Positions 37,766 to 48,963 of a stretch of DNA of 64,000 bases are shown here, in pieces (positions within the stretch are counted from its first letter, which is position 1; every line of letters starts with the position of its first letter). The notes beneath the pieces were generated by a model, which was not told the DNA's origin, ran no database searches, and saw nothing but the letters and a program-made list of their open reading frames with translations. Where the stretch lies: IMG/VR virus record IMGVR_UViG_3300027804_000050, positions 1 through 64,000 of that record; one strand, given 5' to 3'. A program made the translations under genes and the position numbers. The stretch is from a virus.

Positions 37766-38358
37766 ATTTTATAGAAGATTTAGGAATAAATGGACATTTA
37801 ACTATCACGAAAGTTAATCGGGATGGTTCGGAAGAACTTATATTCGATGACCATAATATTATTGTTTCAGGAATGGGAGTTGGATTAGCTTTCTTATTTG
37901 CTGGACTAGGCTCAACTAAGATAACTGATTTTCATTTAGACAGAGTCCAAATTGGAGTTTCTGGAAATTCCAGTTTAGAAACTAGTACAACCTTCCAACT
38001 ATCTGGTCCATTATCATCTACAGCAGAATACGGAGTAAATTCTGATCAAAATGTTGTTCAATCAAATCAATTAGTAAACGGAACATCTGTTTCTAATAAA
38101 TTTTTTATAAAATTACCTAGAAGCAAAGTAACTAGAATAAATGATAACTCTGTAAGATATACAATTGTTTTAGATGAAGATGCCTGTAACAGTTCAACTA
38201 TAAGAAATAATTTACCTATAAATGAAATAGGATTGTTTATGAAAAACCCTCAAGGAGCAGCAACAGATAGTTCCTTGTTAGTTGCATATAGATATTTTAG
38301 CAATATACTAAAGACTGACGATTTTAGTCTCATTTTTAGATGGACAATAAACTTCTGA
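37762..38358 (+). CDS. Baseplate / fibre attachment protein (collar/gp8-type)
   Basis: HNIIVSG, INEIGLF, AYRYF..I.KT..FSLIFRWTINF. Confidence 0.7.
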   Translation: MNFIEDLGINGHLTITKVNRDGSEELIFDDHNIIVSGMGVGLAFLFAGLGSTKITDFHLDRVQIGVSGNSSLETSTTFQLSGPLSSTAEYGVNSDQNVVQSNQLVNGTSVSNKFFIKLPRSKVTRINDNSVRYTIVLDEDACNSSTIRNNLPINEIGLFMKNPQGAATDSSLLVAYRYFSNILKTDDFSLIFRWTINF

Positions 38359-38359
38359 T

Positions 38360-41300
38360 ATGGCTTTCAATAAAAACGATATTTACACTTCTAGCGGGAG
38401 CTTAAGAGTATACAACTCTTGGACTCCTTATGTCAGCAAGTTTGATACTAGTTCCTTCTATAACTGGGAACAGGATAACTTACCTCTTTATGATCTTGAA
38501 GAAAGAACTTATGAACTTTGGGAATATGCAGGCTTCCCAACTTCGAGTATCACTGGTTTAGCTTTGACAGTTAGTGCTGATACTCCCGCTCTAACTCTAG
38601 CTCAAAATAGAAATATTTATACTTCAGTAAGTGCCGCAGTAGCATCATTACCAAGGGTTATTAGATTTCCAGTTTTGATTGAAGTTGCTAATTTTGGTGA
38701 TCTAGGACCTTTAGAATTACATGATTTCCAAATAGTAGAAAATGGATCTATAGAAATAATAAATAGAAATTATGTTAAAGCATACACTGCATCTAGCACT
38801 GTAGGGCAGGTAGGAACAGTATACGGCAATACTTATATTACTAGAGTTGATAGTTTAGATATAAGTGCTAGTATTTACTCTTCAGTAGGCTCCACCTCTT
38901 GTGTTAATATTTCTTCAACTGTTTTTAGCGGGTCTAACGACACTAGATTTACTTCAGTAAATTCAGTATTATATCCAAAAGTAACTGATAGAAAAGCACC
39001 TTTATCGGTTACTATAAGAGACTCCGCTGCCATAGGAACAACTTCAAATCGATTCCCACTAGGAGCTTATGAAACAACCTCCCCCACTGATTTAACTGTT
39101 TCAAACGGTGGTGATTTCTCAGCAATGTCAAATTACCCAGTTGGAATGATATCCAGAGATGTAGTTGCTACAACTAATGATGTTTTCGGTTTAATATATG
39201 GTAACAATTTATCTCGGATGTCAGTGAAAAACTGTTCTGGGAAAATATACATTAGAAACTTTTTCGTAGATGGTCAAAATACTAATTTAACTACAGCCAC
39301 TAAAGTAGGTATAGAAATTCTAAATTCAGATGTTATTTTAGAAAATTGTACAGCAGTAAGGTGTCGGGAAGCTGGATTTGCATTCAATAATTCTAAAGTA
39401 ATTCTCTCTAGAGGAGCTTTTGCTTATAGAAATTATGGACTAAGCAGTTTGTCTGTGAGAGAAACAACAAAATCTTGTGGATTTAAAGTACTGAATAGTG
39501 AAGTAATTTTGAGTGCATTAGTAGGTGGGGCATCTACAGAAGCTAGAGATTATCAAGCTAGTGGATATGATATAATGTTCATGGCTTCAAGAAATCCAAT
39601 TGGTTTCTTATTAGAAAATTCTAAACTATCGGGAGGTTTAAATAGATCGGATAGTGCAACACCTTCTCAAAACTCAACTTTTGCAGCAGAGTATAATAAT
39701 TTAGTAGGTGTAAAAGCATTTAATTCAATTTTAGATCTAAATGGTTTGATTGATATTTATCAAAATAAAGTGGGTATTGAATTAAATAATTCTAATCTCC
39801 TCGTTGATGAATTAACAGTTGATAGGCATACAAATGAAGGATTGATTGCTAGAAATTCAACCATATCTTATATTAAATCTGGTTATCCGATTGCTTATGG
39901 TTCAGTTAGAAGAGCCATAGAGTTCTATCTCAATGGTCAGCATTTAGTTTTAAATAATAATTCAAAACTAAAATATACAAGACAAAATGATCTTCCTGCT
40001 CTTTCTACTGGAGGAATGCTTTTCAAAGATTCACATGGAGTTAGTTATTTAACTGGCGGGGCTTGGCAAAAAATACCCGGAATAAAAGTAGACTCTAATT
40101 CAACAGCAGAGTTTGTTGAAGCTCAACTATTAAATCAAAATGGTAATTATGATGACCAAGCTTCTCATTATGGAACTGTGTTAAATTGTACAAATAATTC
40201 AACAGGATCTCTATACGGAACTAGCAATCACTGCACCATGGCTTTAGGAACATCTGGAAGCTATGAAAAACAATCTAAGATGTCTACTTTATATGCAGGA
40301 TCTAATTCAAAAATAACAATTGCTGGGCCTACAGTAGTAGGTCAGGGTGGGGTCGCCATATTGGCTGAAGATGGATCTACAATAGAAATCGGTCCTGCAA
40401 AAGATAATGAAACAGGTGAATTAGCTGTAAGTTCCTTCGCTTTAGCCAATGCTGCAAATCATACTAGTGTTGATTTACATGCAACCAGAGCTTGCTTGGT
40501 TGCGAATAGAAATTCAACAATTGATATGCATGATTTAGGTAGTTATAGAAATACTTGGATAGGGACTGTTGGTGCAACGGTAGCAGATTATGATTATGAT
40601 GTCGCAGATTTATCAAGTTATGTTGGTTCTGGATCTTTAAGATTCTTAGCTAATCCAATGGACTCTAATGCTGTAACTCAAAATACTACTAATACAATAG
40701 CATATGCAGAAACAACTAATCCAACATTCACTACAGATGCAAATACAAATACTTACAGGTATTTAGCAGATTTCTCTAAAACTTTAGGAGGGGTTTGTGT
40801 TAGAGCGTTGGGTAATAGTACTGTCCATGTTAACAATGTTCACTTTGGAAAAGGCCCAAATGCCAGTCCATTAGATGGATTAGTTTACAATGCAAGTGGA
40901 TCTGATTGTGATAGACTTTTAATTTGGAATATCGCGGATAGTTCAAAACTTTCTGTAGCACATGTTTCGGTTAGTGGTCAATATCCTGCCGATGCCGGAT
41001 ATCATGGTCCTCAATCTTATTGGACATCTAGTAATAATGGTTCTACTACTGGAACTGCAACTGTAGTGTATGGAGCACCATCTTCTACACCAGACTTTGG
41101 AGCATTAAGCGTTCTAGATCCTTTTGGAGCAGGTGGAAGTTCGGTTTCTTCAGTATGGAAATCCACTTCTGGTGTTTCTATAAATGATCCGTTTGACAGA
41201 TTCTATCCTGTACTAGGCAACATAGATACATCAACTGTATCGGCTTTAACTCAGCGTGCAGGTATACCGATTAGTGGAATAACTGTAAGTGGTATACAAT

Positions 41301-41854
41301 TAGGAACTAGCTCCACCTCTCTGTATAATAATCAAGGTGTATTTAGAATTTACTTCTCACCTAAGTCTGAATGTAAATACTTAGCTCATGATCTAAGTGG
41401 TTATGAAAATGGGCCTTTAGATTATAGAACTAACAAATATAGTAGATCTTTCTCCGCTCAAACAGGAGTTGTTTATCAGTTGTTTGCACAAGGCTACGGA
41501 TTATCTGCACCTGTGTCAGGAATTTCTACTACACCTGAATTGAGTTCTATTTACCCAACATTATTAAAATTAAGTAGGGACTCAAACGGAGATGGAATTC
41601 CAGATACTTTGTACACTTCTGGATACTATTATTGTAAGGAGTTCTTAGATGATGATCCAACACAAGTTATGTTGGATGAATCAGCAGCTAACCTTTTTGC
41701 CAATGCTAAAAATTGTGCGGTTGGAATGGGTGGAAGACCAAGGAGAGTAACTATTTACAAGGCTGGAACTGATGAACAGTTTAGTGAATCCAATACTGGA
41801 GACATTTATGGATTCAAATCAGCAAATGTATTCGATCTAAAGAGAGATAATTGA
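38360..41854 (+). CDS. Tailspike-like protein with right-handed beta-helix
   Basis: Repeated GI..xNS.V.L rungs (GIEILNSDV, GFAFNNSKV, GIELNNSNL). Confidence 0.7.
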   Translation: MAFNKNDIYTSSGSLRVYNSWTPYVSKFDTSSFYNWEQDNLPLYDLEERTYELWEYAGFPTSSITGLALTVSADTPALTLAQNRNIYTSVSAAVASLPRVIRFPVLIEVANFGDLGPLELHDFQIVENGSIEIINRNYVKAYTASSTVGQVGTVYGNTYITRVDSLDISASIYSSVGSTSCVNISSTVFSGSNDTRFTSVNSVLYPKVTDRKAPLSVTIRDSAAIGTTSNRFPLGAYETTSPTDLTVSNGGDFSAMSNYPVGMISRDVVATTNDVFGLIYGNNLSRMSVKNCSGKIYIRNFFVDGQNTNLTTATKVGIEILNSDVILENCTAVRCREAGFAFNNSKVILSRGAFAYRNYGLSSLSVRETTKSCGFKVLNSEVILSALVGGASTEARDYQASGYDIMFMASRNPIGFLLENSKLSGGLNRSDSATPSQNSTFAAEYNNLVGVKAFNSILDLNGLIDIYQNKVGIELNNSNLLVDELTVDRHTNEGLIARNSTISYIKSGYPIAYGSVRRAIEFYLNGQHLVLNNNSKLKYTRQNDLPALSTGGMLFKDSHGVSYLTGGAWQKIPGIKVDSNSTAEFVEAQLLNQNGNYDDQASHYGTVLNCTNNSTGSLYGTSNHCTMALGTSGSYEKQSKMSTLYAGSNSKITIAGPTVVGQGGVAILAEDGSTIEIGPAKDNETGELAVSSFALANAANHTSVDLHATRACLVANRNSTIDMHDLGSYRNTWIGTVGATVADYDYDVADLSSYVGSGSLRFLANPMDSNAVTQNTTNTIAYAETTNPTFTTDANTNTYRYLADFSKTLGGVCVRALGNSTVHVNNVHFGKGPNASPLDGLVYNASGSDCDRLLIWNIADSSKLSVAHVSVSGQYPADAGYHGPQSYWTSSNNGSTTGTATVVYGAPSSTPDFGALSVLDPFGAGGSSVSSVWKSTSGVSINDPFDRFYPVLGNIDTSTVSALTQRAGIPISGITVSGIQLGTSSTSLYNNQGVFRIYFSPKSECKYLAHDLSGYENGPLDYRTNKYSRSFSAQTGVVYQLFAQGYGLSAPVSGISTTPELSSIYPTLLKLSRDSNGDGIPDTLYTSGYYYCKEFLDDDPTQVMLDESAANLFANAKNCAVGMGGRPRRVTIYKAGTDEQFSESNTGDIYGFKSANVFDLKRDN

Positions 41855-41855
41855 T

Positions 41856-44429
41856 ATGGCAAAATTTACATTCTCAGATAGTCAGTATAAGTTTACCGAG
41901 CCTGTAAGATATTTTAAGGCTAACGATCCTTACTATTTTGAAGTTGATAATATTCCTATTAAGCAACTTCAAGAAAACTGCTTATGGTTGAGGGATCAAC
42001 TTAGAAAACTTGGTGGAGGAAGGAGAACTGGACCAGAAACGGAGACTAATGGAGAGACTAGACCCGGTAGAGGACCCGGAGGGTCTAGTGATGGACCTGT
42101 AGATAGACCTTCGAATGGAACTCTAGAAATCACAAGAAGAGATATAGATGAATTAAGACCTTACGCAACAGGTGGGGATAGAGTTGTAAGAGTTAGACCC
42201 GGAAGATACACTGCTAGAGTCAACGATGTCGGTAATGAACCTCTACAATACTTAGTAAAAATTATAGGTCAAGAATTACAGGATACGGAACTTTATAAGA
42301 CTTTTACTTTAAATTCAACTAATGATACTTTTAATACTTTAGTTATAAATAGTATTAATAAGTTAAAGCAAACTGTTGCATCCAATGCGCTTCACATGAA
42401 TGGTTTAGCAGAAAGGGCATTTACTTGGGCAGTTAGAGACATTGATACTCCCAGTGATTATGGTCAACTAGCAACTGATGCTTTAGAATATGCAGGTCTA
42501 GGTGGAGTGGGATTGTTAGGACCTTTTGTATATTCACAAGCTCTCCTTTGGTATAAGGATTCAGGTTCAACTGACGGGTTCTATATTCTACCTAATTACC
42601 ACCCAACAAGCGTTGCCATTGGTTTTGCAAAACTTCCAACATTAGAAAACCATCTAATAAAAAGATGGAGAGGTGTTGCTAGAACAGCTATCGTTGATGT
42701 TCCTGAAGAACTCTCCATAGAAATTCCACAATTTAGTCGAGAAGACTTTTTCTATACAGATGAAAATGGAGCTAAACAATATTTAAATGCTACCCATAGA
42801 ATAGATATGGTTTTTATCTATTCAAAACCTGTCGATGCATCTGGCGTATCTATACTGCAAAATGGTACGGTGGTTCAAATAACCTCACCTGTTCTTGGAG
42901 TTGTCAGAGGTGCAGGAATAGGTATGAATTTTGAGCCAAAGACCTCAACTCAATATCAGCCTCAACCATCTTTAGATGCTCAAGGAAATCCAACAATCCT
43001 AGCTAGCGTCGCAGATCAATCAGCAGAAAATATAGGATTCTTACAATCTTCTGGAACTGAGCAAAGCTTTACCGTTAAGGGGTCTTTCCCTGCCCCAGAC
43101 GATTTGCTAAATATCGCACCTCTGCTTTCTCAAGATTTAGAAGATAATGCTATAGAATTAATTGGTCAATCAATTCTTCCTGTAGCTTATATTTTCGTTG
43201 ATGGTGATTCCGAAGAAATAGCAGGTACTAGAGTTATTGCCGAGTCCGATGTAATTGACATTAGACCTTTACTAAGAACCACAGAATTAACATACAATGA
43301 AAGGGCTGGACTTGCTGCTGCAATTCCACAAATTTCTTTGGCTAATCCAGTTGTAGGAAAATCTGTTTTAGATAAAGAAATGAAGAGAATGTCTGAATAT
43401 GTGGCAAACAAAATATCCGAAATTCAAACAAATACTCAAACCCAAGATGCTAATAATGGAAAACTTTTAGCCACAGGTTATGTATTTGGTGGATTAAATT
43501 ATGGAGTAGAGGGAGCGTTATTCCACTATTACAAGCAAAAATTTGCAAATGATGGAAATGAAACAAATGATTCTGATATTTATATAAGAAATTATATTCA
43601 ATCTAGATATGGATATGCTAATTTTGACACTGGTGTATTAGATTTCCCTACATATCCTGATTGGGATATTTCTCGTTGGTGTTTAGACGGTAACTTCCAG
43701 AATAAAGGTGTGTTTCCTAATGATAGAATAACCCCTGTTATATCTCACCAGCCTAACCCCGGTTCTATAAACGAGGCAGACCGCTTTGTAAAAGCAGGAA
43801 GCTATAGGGATGCTGTCACCAATGCGGGGCTAACTTTAACTGGTGGAGTTCCCAATAGAGTTAATAATTTTACTAATACAGAAATTTCTCAATCGGGAGG
43901 TGGTGATAATGAAATGGGTCAACATAAAATAAATTTTATGTATATTTCAAAAAGAATATTGTTTAATCGTCCTTCTTGGATGTTAGATTACCACATAGAT
44001 GCAGAGTTAATTAATAGTTTAGGATTAACATACAGAGGCTCAGGATTGAATAATCCAGACGGAGAAGCAGATCAAGCAGCATATACTGGAATTTGGATTG
44101 AAAAAGGATTTAACGAATTTACTATTTATGTAGGATTCGTGACTATGGATAATTTGCGCGGTAGTGGGGCAACACAAGATTTACTTCCACACAGGAACAG
44201 AGATAGCCAAAGATTTGCATCTTTTATTGTTCCTGTAAGAGATATTTTATACTCTGATGTTAATGCAGATTCTTCATGTGGGGCAGGATTCCTTGGTAAT
44301 GTTAGGGTTGGTAAATGCACTTACCCAACAATAAAATGGAAGATGACAGGAGTATCTCAAAATTCTGCTGCATATCATTACGCTAATTTAAACTCTGCTA
44401 ATCCTTTGATTGCTCTCAATGGAGTGTGA
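41856..44429 (+). CDS. Tail/baseplate-associated protein
   Basis: N-terminus shares DN.P...L.E motif with the preceding gene; structural operon. Confidence 0.6.
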   Translation: MAKFTFSDSQYKFTEPVRYFKANDPYYFEVDNIPIKQLQENCLWLRDQLRKLGGGRRTGPETETNGETRPGRGPGGSSDGPVDRPSNGTLEITRRDIDELRPYATGGDRVVRVRPGRYTARVNDVGNEPLQYLVKIIGQELQDTELYKTFTLNSTNDTFNTLVINSINKLKQTVASNALHMNGLAERAFTWAVRDIDTPSDYGQLATDALEYAGLGGVGLLGPFVYSQALLWYKDSGSTDGFYILPNYHPTSVAIGFAKLPTLENHLIKRWRGVARTAIVDVPEELSIEIPQFSREDFFYTDENGAKQYLNATHRIDMVFIYSKPVDASGVSILQNGTVVQITSPVLGVVRGAGIGMNFEPKTSTQYQPQPSLDAQGNPTILASVADQSAENIGFLQSSGTEQSFTVKGSFPAPDDLLNIAPLLSQDLEDNAIELIGQSILPVAYIFVDGDSEEIAGTRVIAESDVIDIRPLLRTTELTYNERAGLAAAIPQISLANPVVGKSVLDKEMKRMSEYVANKISEIQTNTQTQDANNGKLLATGYVFGGLNYGVEGALFHYYKQKFANDGNETNDSDIYIRNYIQSRYGYANFDTGVLDFPTYPDWDISRWCLDGNFQNKGVFPNDRITPVISHQPNPGSINEADRFVKAGSYRDAVTNAGLTLTGGVPNRVNNFTNTEISQSGGGDNEMGQHKINFMYISKRILFNRPSWMLDYHIDAELINSLGLTYRGSGLNNPDGEADQAAYTGIWIEKGFNEFTIYVGFVTMDNLRGSGATQDLLPHRNRDSQRFASFIVPVRDILYSDVNADSSCGAGFLGNVRVGKCTYPTIKWKMTGVSQNSAAYHYANLNSANPLIALNGV

Positions 44430-44432
44430 TAA

Positions 44433-47400
44433 GTGACTGAAACACCATCTTTTGAGTGTGGTAAATTCTATCCCGGTCAAGGTCCGGGTAACAGGAGAGA
44501 TTATGAACCTCCGGTTACTCCAAAACGACATCCTAGAAGAAGGAGAAGAGATGGCGAACCTTGGGGTCCAAAAGGTCCTATTAGGGATAAACCTCCAACA
44601 AGATTAGTATTAAGAACCTGCTGGATTTGTAAAGAACGGCCAGCAACAGACCCAGATGGATTTGCTTGCGGTAGAGATGGACTTCCTGCTGCTAATGGTC
44701 CATGCAGATGCAGATTAAGAACTGATAGATTTTGTGAAAAAAAAGAAACTTGGGTTCCTGATTTGCCCGGAGCAACAAACTGTCCTACTAATCAATTTCA
44801 AACAGAAGCAGCTTGTGCATCAGTTTGTAGAGATGGTGTAGATGTAGTTTGCCCAGAATTTCCTTGTATTTATTATCTGTGCTGCATAAAAGAAGCAAAC
44901 GAAGAAAGAGTCCCTTGTCCTGAGTATGGTCCGGGATGTACTTGCCCTAAATTAACTGAAGCAACTTGTGAGATAGATGATGCAGGTACTATTGGATTAA
45001 ATGAACAGTGCCCACCTCCTCCAGTTGGGTGTCTCAATGGTGGTATTTTAGTTGCTTGGTCTTTAAATAATACACAAGCATGTAATAGCCCAGAATGTAG
45101 AGATAGACTAGGACCACCAAGATGTCCAGAACCAGATAGACCTTCTACTGAACCGCAATCCTTTTTCTGCCCACCTAAAACTTGTGTTTATTGTGATATT
45201 AGACCTCCTCAAGGAGATGAGGGATCTTGGAGTCAGTGTGTTCCTCCTAATAATCCTTTATGTAGATGTAGGATAACTCAAGTAAGAGAATGTAAAACGG
45301 TTCAACTACAAGGAACTAGAAATCCAGTTACGGGAGAATGTGAATATCCTCCAATTACTAATCCTTTTAGTTATGGTTGCGAACCAGAATCTTTAAATGC
45401 ATGTTTAGCTGGTTGCAGACCTATTATAGAAGAAGACTGTAACTTCGGAGAGCGTCGAGGACCTTTACCTCCGGGACCCGGGCCATCAACTCCGGGAGGT
45501 CCTACTGGCCCCGGACCATCAACTCCCGGTCCCGGAGAGTCTACGGGAACTTCCCCTATATCTAAAAATTGTAAGTTTTGTATACAAACAATAACAACTG
45601 GGTATGAACCCTGCGTTGGCCCAAATGGGCAACCAAATTGTAGATGTCAAAAAATTTATAATAGAATTTGTGAAACAAAACAAGTATTTAGAAGACCAAA
45701 TGGAACATTTCCTAACTGCACTACTGTTCAACCAACAGGAACAATAGTTAACTCTCCACCATATTCAAGTTGTGCCCCTATTGACGGGCAACCTTGTACA
45801 AATAAGAGAGGTCCCCCGCAATGTCCTGAGGAACCTAGTAGACTAGGGGAAACAACTGGAACTCCTCTTCCACAATCAGTGACTTGGTATGTTTGTTTAA
45901 GAGCTACAACAGCTTCTACTGGAGTTGGAGCAGTTTTAGCAGGAGGATGTTTTGCTAGATCATCAGTAAATAGACCCCCTAATGGATATGCAACATTAGT
46001 AGAATGTGAAAATGTATGTTCTAGACCACAAGGTGAACCTACAGGAACAGGGACGGGCGGTGGTCCAGTCCCACTAGTAGAAAGATATTCTTGCAATCAA
46101 ATAAATGGAAAGTGTAGAAGAGTTTTTGTTCCACAAAATCAAACAACTGGAACTTATGCTACTTTAGCTGCATGTGAAAGAGAATGTAAACTTAGAGCCG
46201 AAGGCTCTGAAATAGTTAATACTACAAATTTACCTGATCCAATAGGAACTTATTTTAGATGTAATAAAGCTACAGGAAATTGCTCTCCTGTATTTACAAC
46301 AAAAACAACAGCCGATAGGGAAGGTTATTTCTCAGATGTAAATGCCTGTAGATTAAGATGTAGATCAAATACGGCAGAAGCAGATAGATTGTCTAGAACT
46401 ACTTTAGGAGGCATTAGCCAAGTTGAAATTGGAGAAGGTAGTAATGGAGGAATTATTTCTGATCCTACTGAATTAAGAACTTATTACAAATGTATCAATG
46501 GCACATGTATTACAAGCACTGCAACTCCTCAACAAGCAACAAATCCAAACTATCATACTACATTACAAGCATGTTTAAACTATTGTCAAAATAATAAAAA
46601 TTCAGGGCCTATTTCTGTAAATAGATTAGGTGAGGGTATTTTAACTGACCCAATTATTTTAGATGATGGTGGGGCAGATGATGGGCCAGTAATAATTGAA
46701 AGAACTCCTCCTTTAGACGACATAGGAGAAACTACTTTGCCTAACGGAGAAAATAATCCGAATAGACCTAAAGTAAATCCTTCTGATGCAAATGTATCTA
46801 CACGCCCTTATTATGAATTACCTGAGAATAATGGTGCTGGAACAGTAAATTTAGATCCAGCAGCAGCAGTGTATGTTCCTCCTGTGTTAGATTTTTCTGA
46901 AGCAGTTGTTGTGAACTATAGACAAACCGATTTATTTGCGGAATATATTCATGAAGCAATAAATTATTATTTAGATAAAAACAATACTTCAGAGGATTGG
47001 AGATCTTATTACTCATCAGATTTAACTATACAAAATATAGAAAGAAGTTTAAAACCCTCTGCAATTAAAATCTTTGAAGCAATCACTGATCAAAAAGGTG
47101 ATTTAATTGGAAAAGAATATTTCTTAGAAGTTATTAGAGGAAAATTAATTAATGGAACTATCTCTGATTTTAATCTACCCTACTATAGAAAATTAGCAGA
47201 GAAAAGTAAAAAGAGAGTAGTTAAACCAATTAAGCAACAGGATCAAATTGTTAATACATTGCAAGCATTCGCATATCTTGAAAATAAATTAATTCCTTTG
47301 GATCCTGACAAAGGCACTGGCAGAACTTCAAAACTCACTCCATTGATAAAAACTTTAGCAACTGATTTGGAAAAATCATTGACGGTAATTGTTAATGATG

Positions 47401-48662
47401 AGGAAAGAAAGTTTTATATCAATGATGATGATATTGTAGTTGGTAGAGCTAATTTAAAAATCTCAGATGGAGATTATATCACGGTTGGAGTTGGAACTGG
47501 TCAAAGAAGAATTTATCTAGACACAGAAAAAGATCATGCATATCTTATTTCAGATTTAGATAAAGAAATAGCTTTAAATTTATTAGGTGGCGATTCTTCA
47601 ATTAGATTAACTGCATCAGCAACATTTGCGGTTAATTTGGAATTTAACTATCCATTAACTGGTGCTAGAGAAAATGTTTATTTCTTAAAGTTAAAAACAG
47701 AATCTGTAGTTACAGATAGAGCTACCGAATATATTGATAATACTACAGCAAGATATGATTTATGTTCTATAAATACTCAACAGGATTTAGACGCAATTAA
47801 TGAATATGTAAAGTTTAAGGCAAACCATTATCTCTTCCCTGTTCATCCAGATGATGTATTCTTAGATTATGTTGTTTCTTCAGGCCACTTATATTTACAA
47901 CAACAGGATATTAGATTTGATGGGCATGCTAGAAAAACTAATAAAAATATACCGTTATTAGTAAGACAACTTCCTTGGTATATCTTGCTCTTCCCAACAA
48001 ACAAAGAAGAAAATAATCCTTTTGATATTCAGTCTGATTTAATAGAATTTGAAAGTGGTGCAAGAACTACAAGAGAATTAATATTTGAAATGAGTATAGA
48101 CTCTGATGAGTATGATGCTAATATTACGACAGCTAAGTTTGTTAATATAGGCACTGTTTATCCAGACGAAAATGTTTACGGCGAATATGACTTAGACTCC
48201 AGAAAAGTTATATTCGATCCAAGTAGCACATTCTTCTCGTCTGGATATAAAGAAGAAAAGACTACGCAAAGACCAAGAACGCCGTTAAGAAAGATAAAAG
48301 AAATAATTTCTGAACTAAATAATAATTATGTTCTTGATCGAGGACTAACAACCTTTGATGTTTTCTCTCGTCTTAATTTTACAGACTTTAATAAATTTAT
48401 ATCTAATAGAACTAATAAAGTTATTTTTGATAAGATAAAAGAGGGCGCGATAGAAAATGTTAAAGTGTATGAAGTTACTAAATACTCTGGGGATGCTTAT
48501 TTGAATAAGACTGCGTTACTTAGGAGACGCTCTGCGGCAACAACTGATACTTACCCTCAAATAAGATCATTGAACTCAGGTGAATATATAGAGCCACCCA
48601 CGCAGACAGAAGCTCCAAGGATCATAACTTCAACCCCCAAGCAAATAAAGCCATTACAATAA
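44433..48662 (+). CDS. Cysteine/proline-rich modular protein, probably virion-associated
   Basis: About 61 Cys in the first ~720 aa in repeated modules; GTG start; lies between tail genes and PAAR. Confidence 0.75.
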   Translation: MTETPSFECGKFYPGQGPGNRRDYEPPVTPKRHPRRRRRDGEPWGPKGPIRDKPPTRLVLRTCWICKERPATDPDGFACGRDGLPAANGPCRCRLRTDRFCEKKETWVPDLPGATNCPTNQFQTEAACASVCRDGVDVVCPEFPCIYYLCCIKEANEERVPCPEYGPGCTCPKLTEATCEIDDAGTIGLNEQCPPPPVGCLNGGILVAWSLNNTQACNSPECRDRLGPPRCPEPDRPSTEPQSFFCPPKTCVYCDIRPPQGDEGSWSQCVPPNNPLCRCRITQVRECKTVQLQGTRNPVTGECEYPPITNPFSYGCEPESLNACLAGCRPIIEEDCNFGERRGPLPPGPGPSTPGGPTGPGPSTPGPGESTGTSPISKNCKFCIQTITTGYEPCVGPNGQPNCRCQKIYNRICETKQVFRRPNGTFPNCTTVQPTGTIVNSPPYSSCAPIDGQPCTNKRGPPQCPEEPSRLGETTGTPLPQSVTWYVCLRATTASTGVGAVLAGGCFARSSVNRPPNGYATLVECENVCSRPQGEPTGTGTGGGPVPLVERYSCNQINGKCRRVFVPQNQTTGTYATLAACERECKLRAEGSEIVNTTNLPDPIGTYFRCNKATGNCSPVFTTKTTADREGYFSDVNACRLRCRSNTAEADRLSRTTLGGISQVEIGEGSNGGIISDPTELRTYYKCINGTCITSTATPQQATNPNYHTTLQACLNYCQNNKNSGPISVNRLGEGILTDPIILDDGGADDGPVIIERTPPLDDIGETTLPNGENNPNRPKVNPSDANVSTRPYYELPENNGAGTVNLDPAAAVYVPPVLDFSEAVVVNYRQTDLFAEYIHEAINYYLDKNNTSEDWRSYYSSDLTIQNIERSLKPSAIKIFEAITDQKGDLIGKEYFLEVIRGKLINGTISDFNLPYYRKLAEKSKKRVVKPIKQQDQIVNTLQAFAYLENKLIPLDPDKGTGRTSKLTPLIKTLATDLEKSLTVIVNDEERKFYINDDDIVVGRANLKISDGDYITVGVGTGQRRIYLDTEKDHAYLISDLDKEIALNLLGGDSSIRLTASATFAVNLEFNYPLTGARENVYFLKLKTESVVTDRATEYIDNTTARYDLCSINTQQDLDAINEYVKFKANHYLFPVHPDDVFLDYVVSSGHLYLQQQDIRFDGHARKTNKNIPLLVRQLPWYILLFPTNKEENNPFDIQSDLIEFESGARTTRELIFEMSIDSDEYDANITTAKFVNIGTVYPDENVYGEYDLDSRKVIFDPSSTFFSSGYKEEKTTQRPRTPLRKIKEIISELNNNYVLDRGLTTFDVFSRLNFTDFNKFISNRTNKVIFDKIKEGAIENVKVYEVTKYSGDAYLNKTALLRRRSAATTDTYPQIRSLNSGEYIEPPTQTEAPRIITSTPKQIKPLQ

Positions 48663-48663
48663 T

Positions 48664-48963
48664 ATGCCATTTAGTTTAATAGGAAATACAGAAGTTTTAA
48701 ATTGTGGGGCTGTTCAAGAGGTTCAATCTCAAGGAACTGTCTTTGTTGCAAATAAGTTAGTTGTGGTTGTAGGAGATTTAACCACCCCACACCCAACAGC
48801 TAAATACCCAGCAGTAATAAAAAACCCAGCAAATACTTCTAAAGTTTTTATTAACAATATACCTATCGTAGTAGAAGAAGATGGTATTCCGGGGCATGGC
48901 TCAAGTCCACATTCCCCAAGGAATAAATATGTGGATAATGGTCATAATGTAAAAGCATACTAA
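48664..48963 (+). CDS. PAAR spike-tip protein (gp5.4-like)
   Basis: TVFV, GD...PH, SKVFIN..P, D...H...H, NV.A. Confidence 0.8.
   Translation: MPFSLIGNTEVLNCGAVQEVQSQGTVFVANKLVVVVGDLTTPHPTAKYPAVIKNPANTSKVFINNIPIVVEEDGIPGHGSSPHSPRNKYVDNGHNVKAY

Noticed and set aside
20667-48963. Bacterial contractile injection system (T6SS/eCIS) suggested by VgrG-like, PAAR and gp25 genes
   Set aside because: Terminase, portal, protease and capsid genes show a complete phage
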